64,000 nt of DNA from Octopus sinensis (Eukaryota): contig NC_043003.1 of the NCBI RefSeq assembly GCF_006345805.1, positions 20,646,001 to 20,710,000 on the forward strand, given 5' to 3'. Positions 11,883 to 25,785 of this stretch are shown here, in pieces; the first letter of the stretch is position 1; every line of letters begins with the position of its first letter. A program made the position numbers and the translations under genes. Under the pieces are notes generated by a model. The model ran no database searches. It was given only the letters and a program-made list of their open reading frames with translations, and was not told where the DNA came from.

Positions 11883-13699
11883 ACAGACCACGTATGTAAA
11901 AGCTAGTGAAGTAGACTTCACTGCCGTTGAATTAGAGAAGTATATTTAATATAGAATACAAGCCGTAGTATATCTACATCCAGTACTAGAAGTTTCCTGA
12001 CAGTATCGGATATGACTTTATCCGATTAATAAACGCCGTTAGTCAGTTGTTATGTGTGCTTTTCCTGTAATAGACAGCTGACGAACAGTTGCTGTTACTT
12101 GAGTAAAATCAAATTCGATGCTCGAAGGCACTCCGAGTAGAGGATGTGAGCATTCCGTGCTCGTATTTTATATTACGTATGTATGCATGCATGTATCTAT
12201 GTATGTATGTATGTATGTATGTATGTATGTATGTATGTATGTATGTATGTATGTGTACGCACGCATACACGATATCAATGAGATAGTTTTAATTACTCTA
12301 ATTACAAATTTGTTGCTTTTAGCATTGTTCTAATAACTTCTTTTGACGTTTCATGTTAATAAAGGGAACTACAATACGGTTACACGACCGGCTAGACATA
12401 ACAGCTAATTTCCCACCAAATCACATCTACACGCACACAAACACACAACACACACAGACAGACACACAAACACACGCGGGCTCTCTCTCTCTCTCTCTCA
12501 CACTCACACACATGCACACATAGACACACACACACACACAGTTACATTCGATAATGTAGCCCTAAACACAAAGTTCCTTGTCATGACAAGAACACATTTG
12601 ATCATAGTTACACTCAGTCAGGGCTGACCTTGAGCTAAACAGCAACAGCAACAACAGTAGCAGCAAAAAGAAAAAAAAAAGAAGAAAAAAAACACATTTT
12701 TTCCGCATCCGCTCTCTTGTACCCTACTCAAGATTTTCCTATCTTGCAAACCAATTTCTCTCATTCTTTGATGTTTCGAATATTTTTTCTTTTTAATTTT
12801 TTGTTTTCTTTTTGCTTCTTATTTTTGTTTTGTTTTTTTTTCCTGAGGACAGAGGCTTCTTAATTCTGTTGATATATTTTTTGTTGTGTTTATTGGGTGA
12901 AGGGAGATAACTCTCATTGTTTCTCGTTTTACTTTACAACGCCACACCATTTTCTTTACTCTTTTCTCCATTACTTCTTACCACCTTTCTCTCTTGTTCT
13001 TTCACTCTTACCTGCCTTCTTTCTTTTTCCTTCCAATTCCTCACATTTCCTCACTTATTGATCTTCTTTTGTTCTCTCAAGCTTTTTTCTTTCATTCTTT
13101 CTCTTTTGTTCTTTTTGAATTGCTATTTCCCTAATGTTCGTTCTTTACTCCTTCTCTCAAATTTTTACCTTCATTTTTTACTTCTCTCAATTATATTTAT
13201 ATATTTTCTATATTTTCTTAAATTCGTTTCCTTCCCTTCTTTCTTCAAGGTTAGTGAGAACCGGGGGGATGGTATTTCTGTAATTTTTTTCGCTTTCTAC
13301 CTTTCTTTTATTCTTTCTTCCTTTCCTTCTTTTCCCTTTCTTTCTTTTTTTCTTTCTTTCTTTCTTCAAAACGTCATGTGTACTTCTCACATTTTTCTTC
13401 TCTTTGAGGGTGCTGAGCTTGCAGAATCGTTAGATCGTTAAAAAAATTTTCCTTGCAGTATTTATCCCGACTCCGAACATTCTGATTTTTCCTTCCCTTT
13501 ATTTCACACTTCATTAAAAAATTTTTCTATATTCTCTTTCTTTTCTTTTATTCTGAGGGTTTTTAATAATAATAATTGTCTTTTCTCTCCCTTTATTTTT
13601 CGTTCATTTTCTTTCCCCTTTCTTGTTTTCTTTGCTTCTTTAGGGGGTCATTCATTTTTATTTAATCTTTCTTCCATTTATTTCTGCATCAATGAGGGC

Positions 13700-13910
13700 A
13701 TATGACTTAGTAGCTAAAAGGGTTAGGCTTACGATAGTAAGATTTCAGTTTCGATTACAGGACTGATCAATACTTTGTCTTCTTGATAAAAGCACTTCAT
13801 TTCATGTTCGCAAAAATAAATAATCCTGTGGCAGACTGGCGTCCCATCCAGCGGGGAGTATATAGGCCACGGAATCCGGGGAAACCGGCTTTAGGAGTCT
13901 GTATGTCTCA
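13700..13910 (+). mobile_element. SINE family C-like, diverged
   Basis: GACTTAGTAGCTAAAAGGG...AAAAGCACTTCATTTCATGTT...GACTGGCGTCCCATCCAGCGGG. Confidence 0.5.
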
Positions 13911-14439
13911 AGAAGAAGCTTTACTTCATTTCTTTCTTTACTTATTATATTTTTATTTTCCTGCATTCTCTTTCTTTCCTTCGTTCATTTTTGATGGAGG
14001 CTATTTCTCCATTTTTTTCTTCCTTCATTCCTTTATTTCTTCTGTCTCATTCTTTCTACAATTTTGACTATTGCTTTTCTTTATTTTTTTTTATTCAGTC
14101 TTCAACTTACGGTTTCCTCCTTACTTTTTTCTTTCATTCCTTTCCTGCGAAAGGGGCGAGTCAGTGGGGGGGGGAGTCGTGATTTTTTTTTGCTCACATT
14201 CCTTTTATCTTTCTTCAATTATTTCCCTTTAAACCTCCTTTTTTTTCTTTTACCTTTACTATGTATATATACGTACATACATAATATTTATATACATATT
14301 TATATATATATATATGTGTGGTGTGTGTGTATATATATATATGTATATATATATATGTAATATGTATATATATATATTCATATATTTATATATATAGTTA
14401 TACATGCATGCATTTATATATGTATATATGTATATATAC

Positions 14440-14486
<47 letters not shown>

Positions 14487-14600
14487 CATAATATAATATG
14501 ATACATATATTATATATATATACATATATATATAAATATAAATAAATAAATATATATATGTTTATATATATATATGTATATATTATATTTATATATATAT

Positions 14601-14659
<59 letters not shown>

Positions 14660-15144
14660 ATATATATATACATGAATTTGATATTTCTTTGAATTTCTTC
14701 CTTTATTCATTCATCTTTAATCAATTCTTTAGAATTCGTTTAATTTTGGGTTTCTTCTTTCCTGAAATTCTAGATTTCTTTCTTCCTTATAAATGTCCTC
14801 CACCTTCCTTATATTTACCTGCTCTAATTATAAAACTCCGCTTCGAAAGTTTTCAAAGCGAAGACAGCGACGCCTGGTGGAGATAGAAGTCGTGCATGCA
14901 CATTTTTTCTACTCTCTTTCCATCTCCCCCCCCCACTTCTTTCTCCCCCTTCTTTTTTATCTGTCTCTGTCTCTATCTCTCAGTCATCCTATCTATTATA
15001 TATCCTATCTATCAGTCCCTCCTTTTCACTCCCCTGCCTTCTTTCTATCCTTCTCTTTTATAATGTATATGTACATATATGTGTCTATTTACACATGTAT
15101 TTCATCAATATGTATGCATGCATGTATGTATATATATATCATAC

Positions 15145-15196
<52 letters not shown>

Positions 15197-15278
15197 CATA
15201 TATATATATATATATATATTATATATAATATATATGTATGTTGTATACTAAGGCAGTGCTTCAGTATGATCACAGTCA

Positions 15279-15322
<44 letters not shown>

Positions 15323-15640
15323 ATACATATATGTACAAACACATTTATATATATATGAATGCATGTATATATGTACGTACGTGCATATGACTGTTCACTA
15401 TATAAACATACACATGTATGTATACGTATACTTACATATATATATACATGTATGTATCTATATGATTATATTGTGTGTGCGTGTGTTTGTGAGTATGTAT
15501 ATGTATGTATGCATAGGTACATATGCATGCATATTCATACACAAAATACATACCTGTCTACATATGTATCTATCTACTTGTCTACATGTGTCTATATACC
15601 TACTCATACACATACATATATATATATATGTTGTGTGTTA

Positions 15641-15694
<54 letters not shown>

Positions 15695-15754
15695 TATATA
15701 TATTTGAATATTATGTATATATGTATACATATATATAGAGAGAGATATATGTGT

Positions 15755-15794
<40 letters not shown>

Positions 15795-15876
15795 TATATA
15801 TACCAGTCTCTCTATCAATATATCGGACAGTCTATCTATCTATCCATTTATCCATCTACTCACCATAATATCACAC

Positions 15877-15934
<58 letters not shown>

Positions 15935-16234
15935 GCCTTAATTATTTCCTACGTGTGTTATACTGCTTTACCAGTAAATAACAAACACATAGGTTTATGT
16001 AATTTAATCACATTCATTGTTGTTATTGTTGTTATTATTATCTATATTTTTTGCATTGTTGATTTTTGTTTCTTTTATACTCTATAATGAATAAAGAAAG
16101 AAGGTTTTTTTTTCCATTTCCCATGTAAAACATTAAAAGAAAATTAATACTAATTTACATATGTTATATATTTTTTAGTACAAATATGTGTATACGTTTA
16201 TCTACCTGAAGATATATATAATATATATTATATA

Positions 16235-16301
<67 letters not shown>

Positions 16302-16614
16302 TGTATTATATATATATATATATATATATGAATGGATGGGTGTTTGTTGGTACGTGTGTAATATATGCATGTAATTTTTTTCTGATATATTGACGTTCTT
16401 ATTTTGCAGAATTCAAGTTGGTCATTATCAAGGAGACAATACTTCTTTTTCTTTCTTAAAACAGTTCCAGTGATTTCTGAATATGCAAATGAGTTAGTGT
16501 GTATATATATGTACGTCCTTTTGCTAAATTTGTGAAGTTATCAGCACTTATGTTATAGATGTACATATATGCTTTGAGACAAATATGTGTGATTGTTTCT
16601 TTTTTGTGTGTGTT

Positions 16615-16676
<62 letters not shown>

Positions 16677-17080
16677 TGTGTGTGTGTGTGTGTGTGAGTG
16701 TTTATTCGTACGTGTATACATACTATATGTACACTAGTGATTCTGTGTATATGTTCAGTTCAGGAAAGTTAAATGGAGATATTTTGAAACGTTTTACAAA
16801 TCGTCATGCTTCCTTAATCTATTGGATTTTGTGGATGCGTGTCACTTTACTTTGTATCGTCTTTGGAAACCCTACCATGACCAGGTTTTTACAGAAGGGT
16901 ACTACCACACAGCCCATGACACTTATATCAATACGCACAGACGAGACTCTCCAACACATACATGAAACAATTGTTACAGCATTAACACTAGTTACTCTAC
17001 TAAAAGAAGTTATTCATTTCCTCATTTCGGTATTGATTATTTCCTTGTGCGTTACTTTCGTAGCTGCGACCTTGATATTC

Positions 17081-17650
17081 TATAGGGTTCTCCCGAAAGT
17101 TCGTGCTGATTTATAGTAGCTTTTATTTCGACTTATTTTAGAACATGGTTGAGTCCATAAAATAGGATTTGACTACACCTCCATTTAGAGCACAGTTTAA
17201 GCTATCTTTTCGTGGAAGAAGGTTTATGTTCCTATAACCTGTGTTAATTCTGTAACCCTTTAACTTGGAAGATAAGAAAGTTCATTTTCGGCATTTGATG
17301 CCTTAGGAACTAGACAAAAATTGCTGCATCTCGGCTGGGACGTGTTACCTCACCCTCCATATTCACCAGATATTGCTCCTTCGGATTTCCACTTATTCAG
17401 GTCTCTGCAGAATAGTCTTAATGGTAAAATTTTCAATACCTTGTATGACGTAAAAAGATACCGTGATGAATTCTTTGCCATGAAAAAACCTCAGTTCTGA
17501 GAAGAGGGTATTTTCAGGTTAAAGGAAAGATGGAGATACATTGTGCAACAAAATGGTTCATATTTGGTTGATTAAAAATGTAATGGCAAGTATTTATTGA
17601 CCTTTTTCTTTCCTTTAAAAATTGGCACGAACTTTCCAGACAACCCAATA
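17081..17650 (+). mobile_element. Internally deleted mariner element (570 bp)
   Basis: ~34-bp imperfect TIRs (TATAGGGTTCTCCCGAAAGTTCGTGCTGATTT vs revcomp TATTGGGTTGTCTGGAAAGTTCGTGCCAATTT), TA at both ends; 17309-17575 encodes LGWDVLPHPPYSPDIAPSDFHLFRSLQ...RWRYIVQQNGSY with one internal stop. Confidence 0.9.
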
Positions 17651-17799
17651 AATTACCAATGAATTCTCATTAAGTAACAAGAAGCACATAAATCCGTGGA
17701 AAAACATATTACGATCACACTGGAAAATATATTTTTTCCTTCAAAGAAGTTCTATATCAGGCAACTACTTGAAACAACGTAGTATTTACTAAGATTGAA

Positions 17800-18078
17800 A
17801 TGCTTCCAATATCACAGATCAGTTGATATTGCCGACGATAGATAAAGAATACTCTGTAACAGTGTTATAACAGTACAAAATAGAAGCAGCAGCAGTAACA
17901 AACACGTAACGAATCAGCAATCTTTTAGAAACCAACAATCAATATTTCCAACACACTGTAAACTGTATCTGGACTTCGAAGTCTAGACTACGAACTGCCG
18001 ACTACGTCAGACCGCTACTATTTATATATAGTGATCCCGTCTATTCTCGTCAGTGGGTGTCGTACTCTCACCACAACA
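17800..18078 (-). repeat. 3' LTR (outer ~12 bp missing)
   Basis: Aligns to 22241-22513 at roughly 80% identity by eye; begins TGTTGTGG right after the PPT. Confidence 0.85.
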
Positions 18079-18086
18079 TCTCCCCT
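18079..18086 (-). promoter_or_regulatory. Polypurine tract
   Basis: AGGGGAGA immediately before the 3' LTR TG. Confidence 0.7.
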
Positions 18087-18539
18087 GTTGAGATTTCGAG
18101 TTCCGAAGAAATAAAGAAATTTTATTTATCATTATTATTTTTAGTATCTTTTATCGCTTGGGCCTTATTTCCCGGTGTTCGGTCCGCTTCCATTTTCCCA
18201 TGCTGGTTCTACGTGAGTCTATTATTTTCGGTGCTGAGATATCGAATAAATAAAAAATACTTCCATAGGAATTTCTCTCTGTCTCTTCTTTAGCTGATTT
18301 ATGTGTCTCGTATGTTCCCAGAGTGGTTCTTTAATTGGATACATCATACTTCCTTTTTTTGTTTTGTTACAAGGCCATTCTCCCAGCCTTCTTTACCATT
18401 TCTGTAAGGTTTTAAATGCACTTTATTTTCTACATCGAAATATTTCATTACATCTTTCGTATTTTCTTTACATTTTTTATTCTCTGGCAATAACTTATCA
18501 AAATCGATTTTATTCTTCTCGTGAATATCACTCCGCGTG

Positions 18540-18960
18540 TCACTTTCCTGAATTTTTACTTGGATTGGGGGTAACTCTATATACCCTTAAGAATTTTGTT
18601 AGTGCATCGTCGTTACTTAATTCGTTCCTAGCTTTTCTTAACGCTCTTTTGAACGTGTCCGTGAATCTTTCTACCTCCCCATTTGATCTCGGGTGGTAGG
18701 GTGGAGTGAAAATATACTTTATCGCATGCATTTTATAGAATTTCTTGAATTCATAGCCCGAGAACTGTGTTCCATTATCAGAAACTAATGTGTCTTAAAC
18801 GCCATATTGCGCAAGTAATTCATATACGAATAATAGTTGCCTTAGTCGTTGGTTTATTGCATCTGCATACCTCTGGCCACTTTGTACAGCTGTCTACCAC
18901 GATTAGATAGTAAGCACCGTTCAATGGTCCGGTATAGTCAATATGTAATCCAGCCCATGG
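18540..18960 (-). pseudogene. Gypsy integrase remnant
   Basis: LVSDNGTQF...PPYHPRSNGEVERF with 35 residues between D and E. Confidence 0.88.
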
Positions 18961-19586
18961 GTTCCGAGTCTTCGGCTACGATTAATATTTTACCGGTGGG
19001 GCTTAGGCTGCGAACGCACAACCTCAACAAGTTCTTACCAAATTTTCGATATCCCGGTCCATAGTCGGCCAATAGACGTAGCTCCTCATCAGAGCTCTCA
19101 TCCTCGACATTCTCGGGTGTCTGCTGTGAAATTGCTGCAATACAGTTTTTGTAATGTAGTCGGTATTGCAACTCTTTGTGCATTCATCAGAATATCCTCG
19201 CATATTGAGAAACTACACGAATTTGTATTTTTATTCTGCTTATTTTTTTAAAGCTTCTTTCATTTTTGTAATATACTCATCGCCTACAGATTTCATTTTT
19301 ATATCCTGTGCAGTCGCAAGCAGTTCTTGGATAACATTAGTAATAATATTTTGTTTTGGGATTTGGTTTGCAAGATTCTTTATATGAATTCGTGTGCTGA
19401 AGCATATTTTGTTGTGTCTGGGGAGAGTCATTTTCTTTTTGTGCCTTACAATTTAACACACTCACCATTAAAATTTCCACTTATTTCTTATTTTTATTTT
19501 CTTAAAATTTTCGTAATAAGTAATAATACTTTTTATTTCATTTTCTGCCTGCATTGCAGTTGTCACGGGTTCCGTATTTTGGGGAA

Positions 19587-19868
19587 TTAGTCTCGATAGA
19601 CAGTCCGCATGACCAATTTTTTTAATGGAATATACTGCATTTTGAAATTGTAATTTAGTAACATTGTACCCCAACGTTGTAGTCGGTTCGCTGTATGGGT
19701 AGGTAAGCCTTTCTTTGACCCACAAATTGATAGCAATGGTCGACGATCTGTTTGTAACAGAAAACTTGTACCATGTAGAAACTTGTGACATTTTTTCACA
19801 GCAAAGATAATCGATAGGACTTCTTTTTCTATCTGACTGTATTTTTCTCTGCCGCTATCAGCGAGCAC
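19587..19868 (-). pseudogene. Gypsy RNase H remnant
   Basis: EKYSQIEKEVLSIIFAVKK...LQTDRRPL...RLQRWGTMLLNYNF. Confidence 0.88.
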
Positions 19869-20291
19869 GAAACATGAATCACTGGTTTCATACTTCCATC
19901 TTTATACTTGTGTAGCAAAACTGCTCCTATTCCGTACTCCGAAGTATCAGACGCTACAACAATGTTAATTTCAGAATCGAAATACACTAGAGATAAATCT
20001 GCGATTAGAATTTTTTTTCATTGCTTCAAAGGCGTTTTGGCATTTAACAACCAATTCCACATTACTTCCTTTTTTAATAAGTCATTCAATGGAGCTCTTA
20101 ATTTGTGCATGTTAGGAATGTAGTTTTGGTAGTTGTTTGCCGGCCCAAGAAACGATTATAATGTTGGTATATTTATCGGAGCAGGCTTATTTTTTATTGC
20201 GCCTGCCCTCGACGAGTCAGGCCGTCTACCATTTTTATCAATTATTTGCCCTAAGTACCTAATTTGAGGCAAAAAGAAATCTTACTTTTCT

Positions 20292-20576
20292 TCACTCAAA
20301 GTGAACCCATACTCTAATTTTCTCGAACACAGCTTTTATATGCTCCACATATTGTTCACGTGAATTACTGTTAATCAATATATCGTCCAAATAAAAGATT
20401 GCAAATTCACAATCAGATAACATAGCATCCATGATTTGTTGAAATATTGCCGGCGCAACCTTTAATCTAAAAGGTAACCGGATATATCTGTACAATGCTC
20501 TACGCGTGTTTATTGTCAGATACTTTGAGTATTTGGCATTTGCTTTATTCTGTAAATAAGCGTCAGACAGATCCAA
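20292..20576 (-). pseudogene. Gypsy reverse transcriptase remnant
   Basis: DLSDAYLQ...RLPFRLKVAPAIFQQIMD...YLDDILI. Confidence 0.9.
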
Positions 20577-21150
20577 TTTGTAGAAAATTTTTCCACCATT
20601 TAAATTTTGGGAAAATGTCCTCTGGGGTCGGGAGTGGATGATGGCATGTCTTTAAGCAGTCTTTCAGTTCTGTAGAGAAATCGGCACGCAGCCTAATGTT
20701 ATTATTTTTCTTTTTACTGCACACCGTAGGCGCCGCTCATTTAGAGTAACCCACCTTTTTGATAATTCCACCCTTTTCCAGTCTGTCCAACTTTCCATTT
20801 AGGTACATCGTTTTCACTTACTTGAAAGCAGGCTATAGTCTTTTTACATAGATCTAAGTCCTCCGATTGTACTTGAGAAAACATCTTTTTCAATTTTCTC
20901 TTCAATTCCTCAGACGATTTATTTTTAACGAGACAATCATTTATGTTTTTGCAGTAGAGTTATAAGTCAAATAACTCCAACCAATCTGAACAAAACAGAT
21001 TGATTGCTTTCTCCACAATGAATATTTTTGCTTCGCGTGTTTCTCCTGGAAATGTGACAGACGTCACATTTCGCCCATGAAATGTAATTTATCACCCGTC
21101 ACGCCGTGCACAATTTTCGCTGTTTCCCGATTTTTTCCGTGTATTCGCAT

Positions 21151-22156
21151 TTATGATTGAAATATCACTACTTGTATCCATCTGTAGTTTACACCATTTA
21201 TTTTTTCGTGTACGAATTTTCTTGTCTTTGTGTCGCATTCACTTTCTGCTGAAAACCCCTTAGAACTTTTTGCTTTCGATCCTCGTAATCTTGTCCTGTA
21301 GTATGAGCTCTTGTTACCAAGTTTCTGACAACTATAGAATTTTAACCGGTTTTTAAACGGACACTCTTTTCTGAAGTGTAGGCCTCCATATCCGTAACAT
21401 GGATTTGGGCCTGGCACTCTTTTGGTTGTACTTTCCGGGTCGACACATCTGTATTTTTGCAGAAATTTCTCTTGAATTTTTTTCACGTCTTGCTTCAGGT
21501 TTACCATTGTTTGACATTTTTCTGAAATGGTCTGTAGTGTTAAATCTTGGTCCGCTTGCTCCATTTTTGAGAGAATCTTTGTCCGAATTTCTCTATCTTC
21601 GGTTGCCGTAAGGTATTGTACGACGATAAGGGATTTAAACATATCCTGAATGAGTTCCTGAAGTTTAAAGTTTTCACACATACAGTTGACTACAAGTTAG
21701 GTTCTAACGCTCCATTCGAATGTTAAATAACGAACTTTTATCACAAAAGATCATTGAGAGAAATTCAATAGTTTCTTGGAAACAAATCTCACTCGACTTT
21801 TTGGGCAAAATAAAGTTACAGTAGCGTTCATGCTCGGCCGCAGCTACCTTGCATAGTAATACCCTCACTTTCTCTTTATCCGACCACGACTTGCAATCTT
21901 TGTTAAACATTTCCTCGTACCTTCTAGAGTACGCAGGAGACGTAATACTCTCCTCTGGATTATAAGTAAATTCAGAAATTGAGTTCGCCACGCGGTCTGG
22001 CGTAAACGAACTTACAGAATTTTCGGACTTCCTTGATTGTAACTCATTTAACTGTTGTTGTTGTTGTTATAATATTTGCTTCTGCAAATATTATAACAAC
22101 AGTTGTTCCTGTTGCTTCTTTTGAAGCTGTATTACTGTAGCTAATAGGTTCTCCAT
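21151..22156 (-). pseudogene. Gypsy gag + protease remnant
   Basis: ATG 22156 (MENLLATVIQLQKKQQ), ISEFTYNPEE...RYCNFILPKK, degenerate knuckle CYGYGGLHFRKEC, LQMDTSSDISII (aspartic protease) in a shifted frame near 21175. Confidence 0.8.
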
Positions 22157-22215
22157 AATTTATCAATTTGTATGATGCACAAATTGTAAAATAACCTACG
22201 TGAGCTTCGAAAAAC

Positions 22216-22226
22216 CCTTGTCGCCA
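22216..22226 (-). promoter_or_regulatory. Primer-binding site
   Basis: TGGCGACAAGG 2 nt inside the 5' LTR; one mismatch from TGGCGACGAGG, recalled as the complement of the tRNA-Ser(GCU) 3' end. Confidence 0.75.
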
Positions 22227-22228
22227 GA

Positions 22229-22513
22229 TGTTATATCTTTACGCCTCCAATATCGCAGTGCGGTTGATATTGTCGACAATAGATGAAGAATACTCTATAA
22301 CAGTGTTATAACAAAGCAAAATAGAAATGGCGACTGTAACAAAGACGCAACGAATCAACAATCTTTTACGAACCAACACACTAACTGGAACTGTAATCTG
22401 TAACTGGACTTCGAAGACCAAACTACGAACTGCCGACTACGTCAGACTGCTACTATTTATATGTATTGATCTCGTCTATTCTCGTCAGGTGGTATCGTAC
22501 TCTCACCACAACA
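22229..22513 (-). repeat. 5' LTR (285 bp)
   Basis: Minus strand reads TGTTGTGG...TATAACA (TG...CA); direct repeat of 17800-18078. Confidence 0.88.
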
Positions 22514-22799
22514 AAATGGGAAATGCTTTTCTACAAGAAAGACATATCTGCTTCTTCTTCAGAGGACAGTGTTGGTTTTATATTTTGCAACAGTTCTCCA
22601 TGTATTAAAAAGCTAAATAGATTTCAAAGCGCATCTAATTACATTAGTTAAAAGATATTTGGCTTAATCATGGATCCAGTAATTTCCATGTAAATTTTTA
22701 GAACCCTTCAGAAACTTCTCAAATGTAATCATTAAGCTGATAAGACTAATAATGTATATGAACTACATAAACGCACTTTCAACGAATTGCTAATAGGAG

Positions 22800-23110
22800 C
22801 ACTCCGTCGCTTACGACGACAATAGCCCCAGCTGATACGATCAACGGAACAGCCTGCTCGTGAAATTAACGTGAGCAATCCACAGACACGCGTACCCCTA
22901 ACGTAGTTCTCAGGGAGATTCAGCGTGACACAGAGTGTGACATGGCCGACCCTTTGAAATACAGGTACAACTCATTTTTGCCAGCTGAGTGAACTGGAGC
23001 AACGTGAAATAAAGTGTCTTGCTCAATGACACAACGCGTCGCCGGGAATTGAACTCACGACCTTACAATCGTGAGCCGAATGCCCTAACCACTAAGCCAC
23101 GCACCTTCAC
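22800..23110 (-). mobile_element. SINE family C, full length
   Basis: Reverse complement of GGCTTAGTGGTTAGGGCATTCGGCTCACGATTGTAAGGTCGTGAGTTCAATTCCCGG + CORE-like segment. Confidence 0.85.
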
Positions 23111-24450
23111 AATAGAATACACAACTAAATCACATCAGAAAACCAGCCACAAAACATACGACATTAATGCGGAAACCAAAAATTTAACCACCAAACTAAA
23201 CATCGATGTTAGCATACAACGACTTAATACACGAAAGCCTTTTGTGACCGTGAAAGATGACAAAGCTAATTTAAATCATAAACCTACACTAATTAATTAC
23301 AACTAAAAACGAAATAGGTATCATCAACGAATCAATATTAGAAAAAATAATAAGTTGTCCAACATATTACACAACCTCAAGCAATGGATGTGTAGTAACA
23401 TTTCATTGAATAGTTTAAACACATCAATACAAATAGAAATGTAGGGTTATACAGTTTTTTATTTTTGAATTTTCCCCGTTAATCTCATATCGACCTCCTG
23501 CTCTAGGTATTCGAGTTCTGTAAGATATGCACCACAATCACCGATTCCGATATTAATATTAACCTGAACGCTAGAAAATTGTTACATCTTCAGGGAAAAC
23601 TCTTATTGAACTTAAAAAGAAAGGGTGATGAAATCTTCGTCATCGCTGTAGGAAGGGATGACGGAACTAAATCTAGTTGTCTTGTTTAACCTATTTAGAC
23701 TTAGCAACGAAATACGGGAAGCCAAAATAGGATTATACAGGAATGATGGTATAGGAATGGCTCATAGCACAAATAGACACGACATGAATACTATTGAGAA
23801 AGGTTTACTTATGATATCCACACAACTTAGCCTAGAGATTGCAGTTAATGTCATTTACAAAACTGTCAATCATTTGGTTGTTAGCATGAACCTTAACAGA
23901 GATGGATACCGCTCATTGCTGAAACTAAACGAAGAAATCACTTAAATAAATAAAAGCTCAAGTCATCCACCTTCAGTTATGAAACAGATCGCAAATAACA
24001 TTAGTTATCTCACCCGTTGTCTTTCTCCGGATAAAGCAACTTTCTATGGAACAAAGCCTAACGTCAATGTAAGTATCAGTTATAGTGAATCTTGCCGTCG
24101 GTATAAAAAATCCCGTAGTTCACTCTTGCGCACAGCTTAAACGTGACGAGTATTGTTTGAGGGCTTCTCACACTAACACACATTTTCCACATCCACATAA
24201 ATGCTATAAAATGTTTAACGGAAACAGTGTTAATGTTAGCACTTCTTGTTGCGTAAATACAGGTTCATAAAGCTTTAATTACAACAAAATAATGTTCCAC
24301 AGCAGATTTGCAACTTCACTCCCTCTTAAAACTGTTCTTTAGACAAATATGCCTTGAGAAGGAACTGGTGTATAGATCCGACATCCACAATTTAGATGGC
24401 ACAATAAGGATATATATAGGCATCAAAGGAAACGTTCATGGAAAGATACA
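23111..24450 (+). mobile_element. Penelope-like element remnant (RT + GIY-YIG), probably Naiad-type
   Basis: VTVKDDKANL, KQW..FIE*FKHI, TITDSDINI.LNARK, IGLYRNDG (for GLYRDDG), SSHPPSVMKQI, then CLEKELVYR...IYIG; heavily frameshifted. Confidence 0.78.
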
Positions 24451-24488
24451 CACAGCATACACGCATATATATATATATATATATATAT

Positions 24489-24671
24489 CGGCGTAGGCGT
24501 GGCTGTGTTGTAAGTAGCTTGCTTCCCAACCACATGGTTCCAGGTTCAGTCCCTACTGCATGAAATTTTGGGCAAGTGCCTTCTACTATAGCCTCAGGCC
24601 GACTGATGCTTTGTGAGTAGATTTGGTAGAGGGAAACTGAAAGAAGCCCGTAGTATATGTGTATGTGTGTG

Positions 24672-24712
<41 letters not shown>

Positions 24713-24720
24713 TACGTATG
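24489..24720 (+). mobile_element. SINE family A, 5' half
   Basis: Head through GAAAGAAGCCCGT, then microsatellite. Confidence 0.8.
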
Positions 24721-24889
24721 TGTGTATGTACATCATACGAACGAATGAGCGATGTGTACTCAATACATATCTTTGAAAACGGTTTTATTTATTATTGATA
24801 CTGAACTAAGATTGTCCCACGACTAGTGTGTCACAGTACTGCGATCTTCAGGCGAAACAGTTACAACTCACTAGTGTTAGTGATGTATA

Positions 24890-25090
24890 TCTATCTATCA
24901 ATCTATCTATCTATCTATCTATCTACCTACCCACCTACCTACCTACCTACCTACCTACCTACCTACCTACTTATTTATCTATCTATCTATCTCTATATCT
25001 ATCATCATCTATCTATCTGTTTGTCTATCTGTCTGTCTGTCCACTTGTCTGTCCGCCCGTCTGTCTGTCTGTCTGTCTGTCTGCCTACCT
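24890..25090. repeat. Compound (ATCT)/(ACCT)/(GTCT) microsatellite
   Basis: Direct reading. Confidence 0.93.
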
Positions 25091-25731
25091 ACCCGACTCT
25101 CTTTCTGTCTATCTACGTGTGTGTATATATATCTATCAACGGTTTTTCCATACATCATCATGGGATGCCACCCAGGATGATATACAGGTGTTTCTTGGGA
25201 TCCTTGGGTATTTCAAGTCTTTCATTAATTAGTTATCCTGTTGCGGTCGACCCAATCAGACCAGGGTTCAACGTGTCCCAGTTAGAGCAAACTCTGGTAG
25301 CACTATCTCTTTCACGGCTGACACCAGGTCCTTGACCACTCTTTCGGCAATCTCATATATATATATATAATAACATATTTACGAGAATCAATCTAGGACC
25401 AGAAAACAGGACACAAACAGTCTAAGTTGACATGCACCTCATATTTTTCGCATTCTACACTGCTGTTACCGAATGCGTCATACAGCAATAGAGTAGTTTA
25501 CCTTGATGGTTAAGTACCTACGAACTTAGGTATGCTCCTTATGCGATATGTGGCAGGATAGTACCATCAATATTCACATCAGCACAACATTAATATAATC
25601 GAATTTATGTGGAGTTCATCGTATGTTTTCTTTACTGTAATCAGTAACAGAACCATCGTGACACGTACACAAACTCAAACACATACGAGCAGACAGGCAC
25701 ACACACAAACGCACGCACGCACGCACACACC

Positions 25732-25785
<54 letters not shown>

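Larger units (their letters stand above)
17800..22513 (-). mobile_element. Gypsy LTR retrotransposon, Mag-like, decayed
   Basis: Two LTR copies, PBS, PPT; domain order gag(CCHC)-PR-RT-RNaseH-IN on minus strand; many stops and frameshifts. Confidence 0.92.

Noticed and set aside
23400-23557. Apparent separate insertion shared with 33745-33905
   Set aside because: It translates in register as part of the Penelope-like RT, so it is not an insert.
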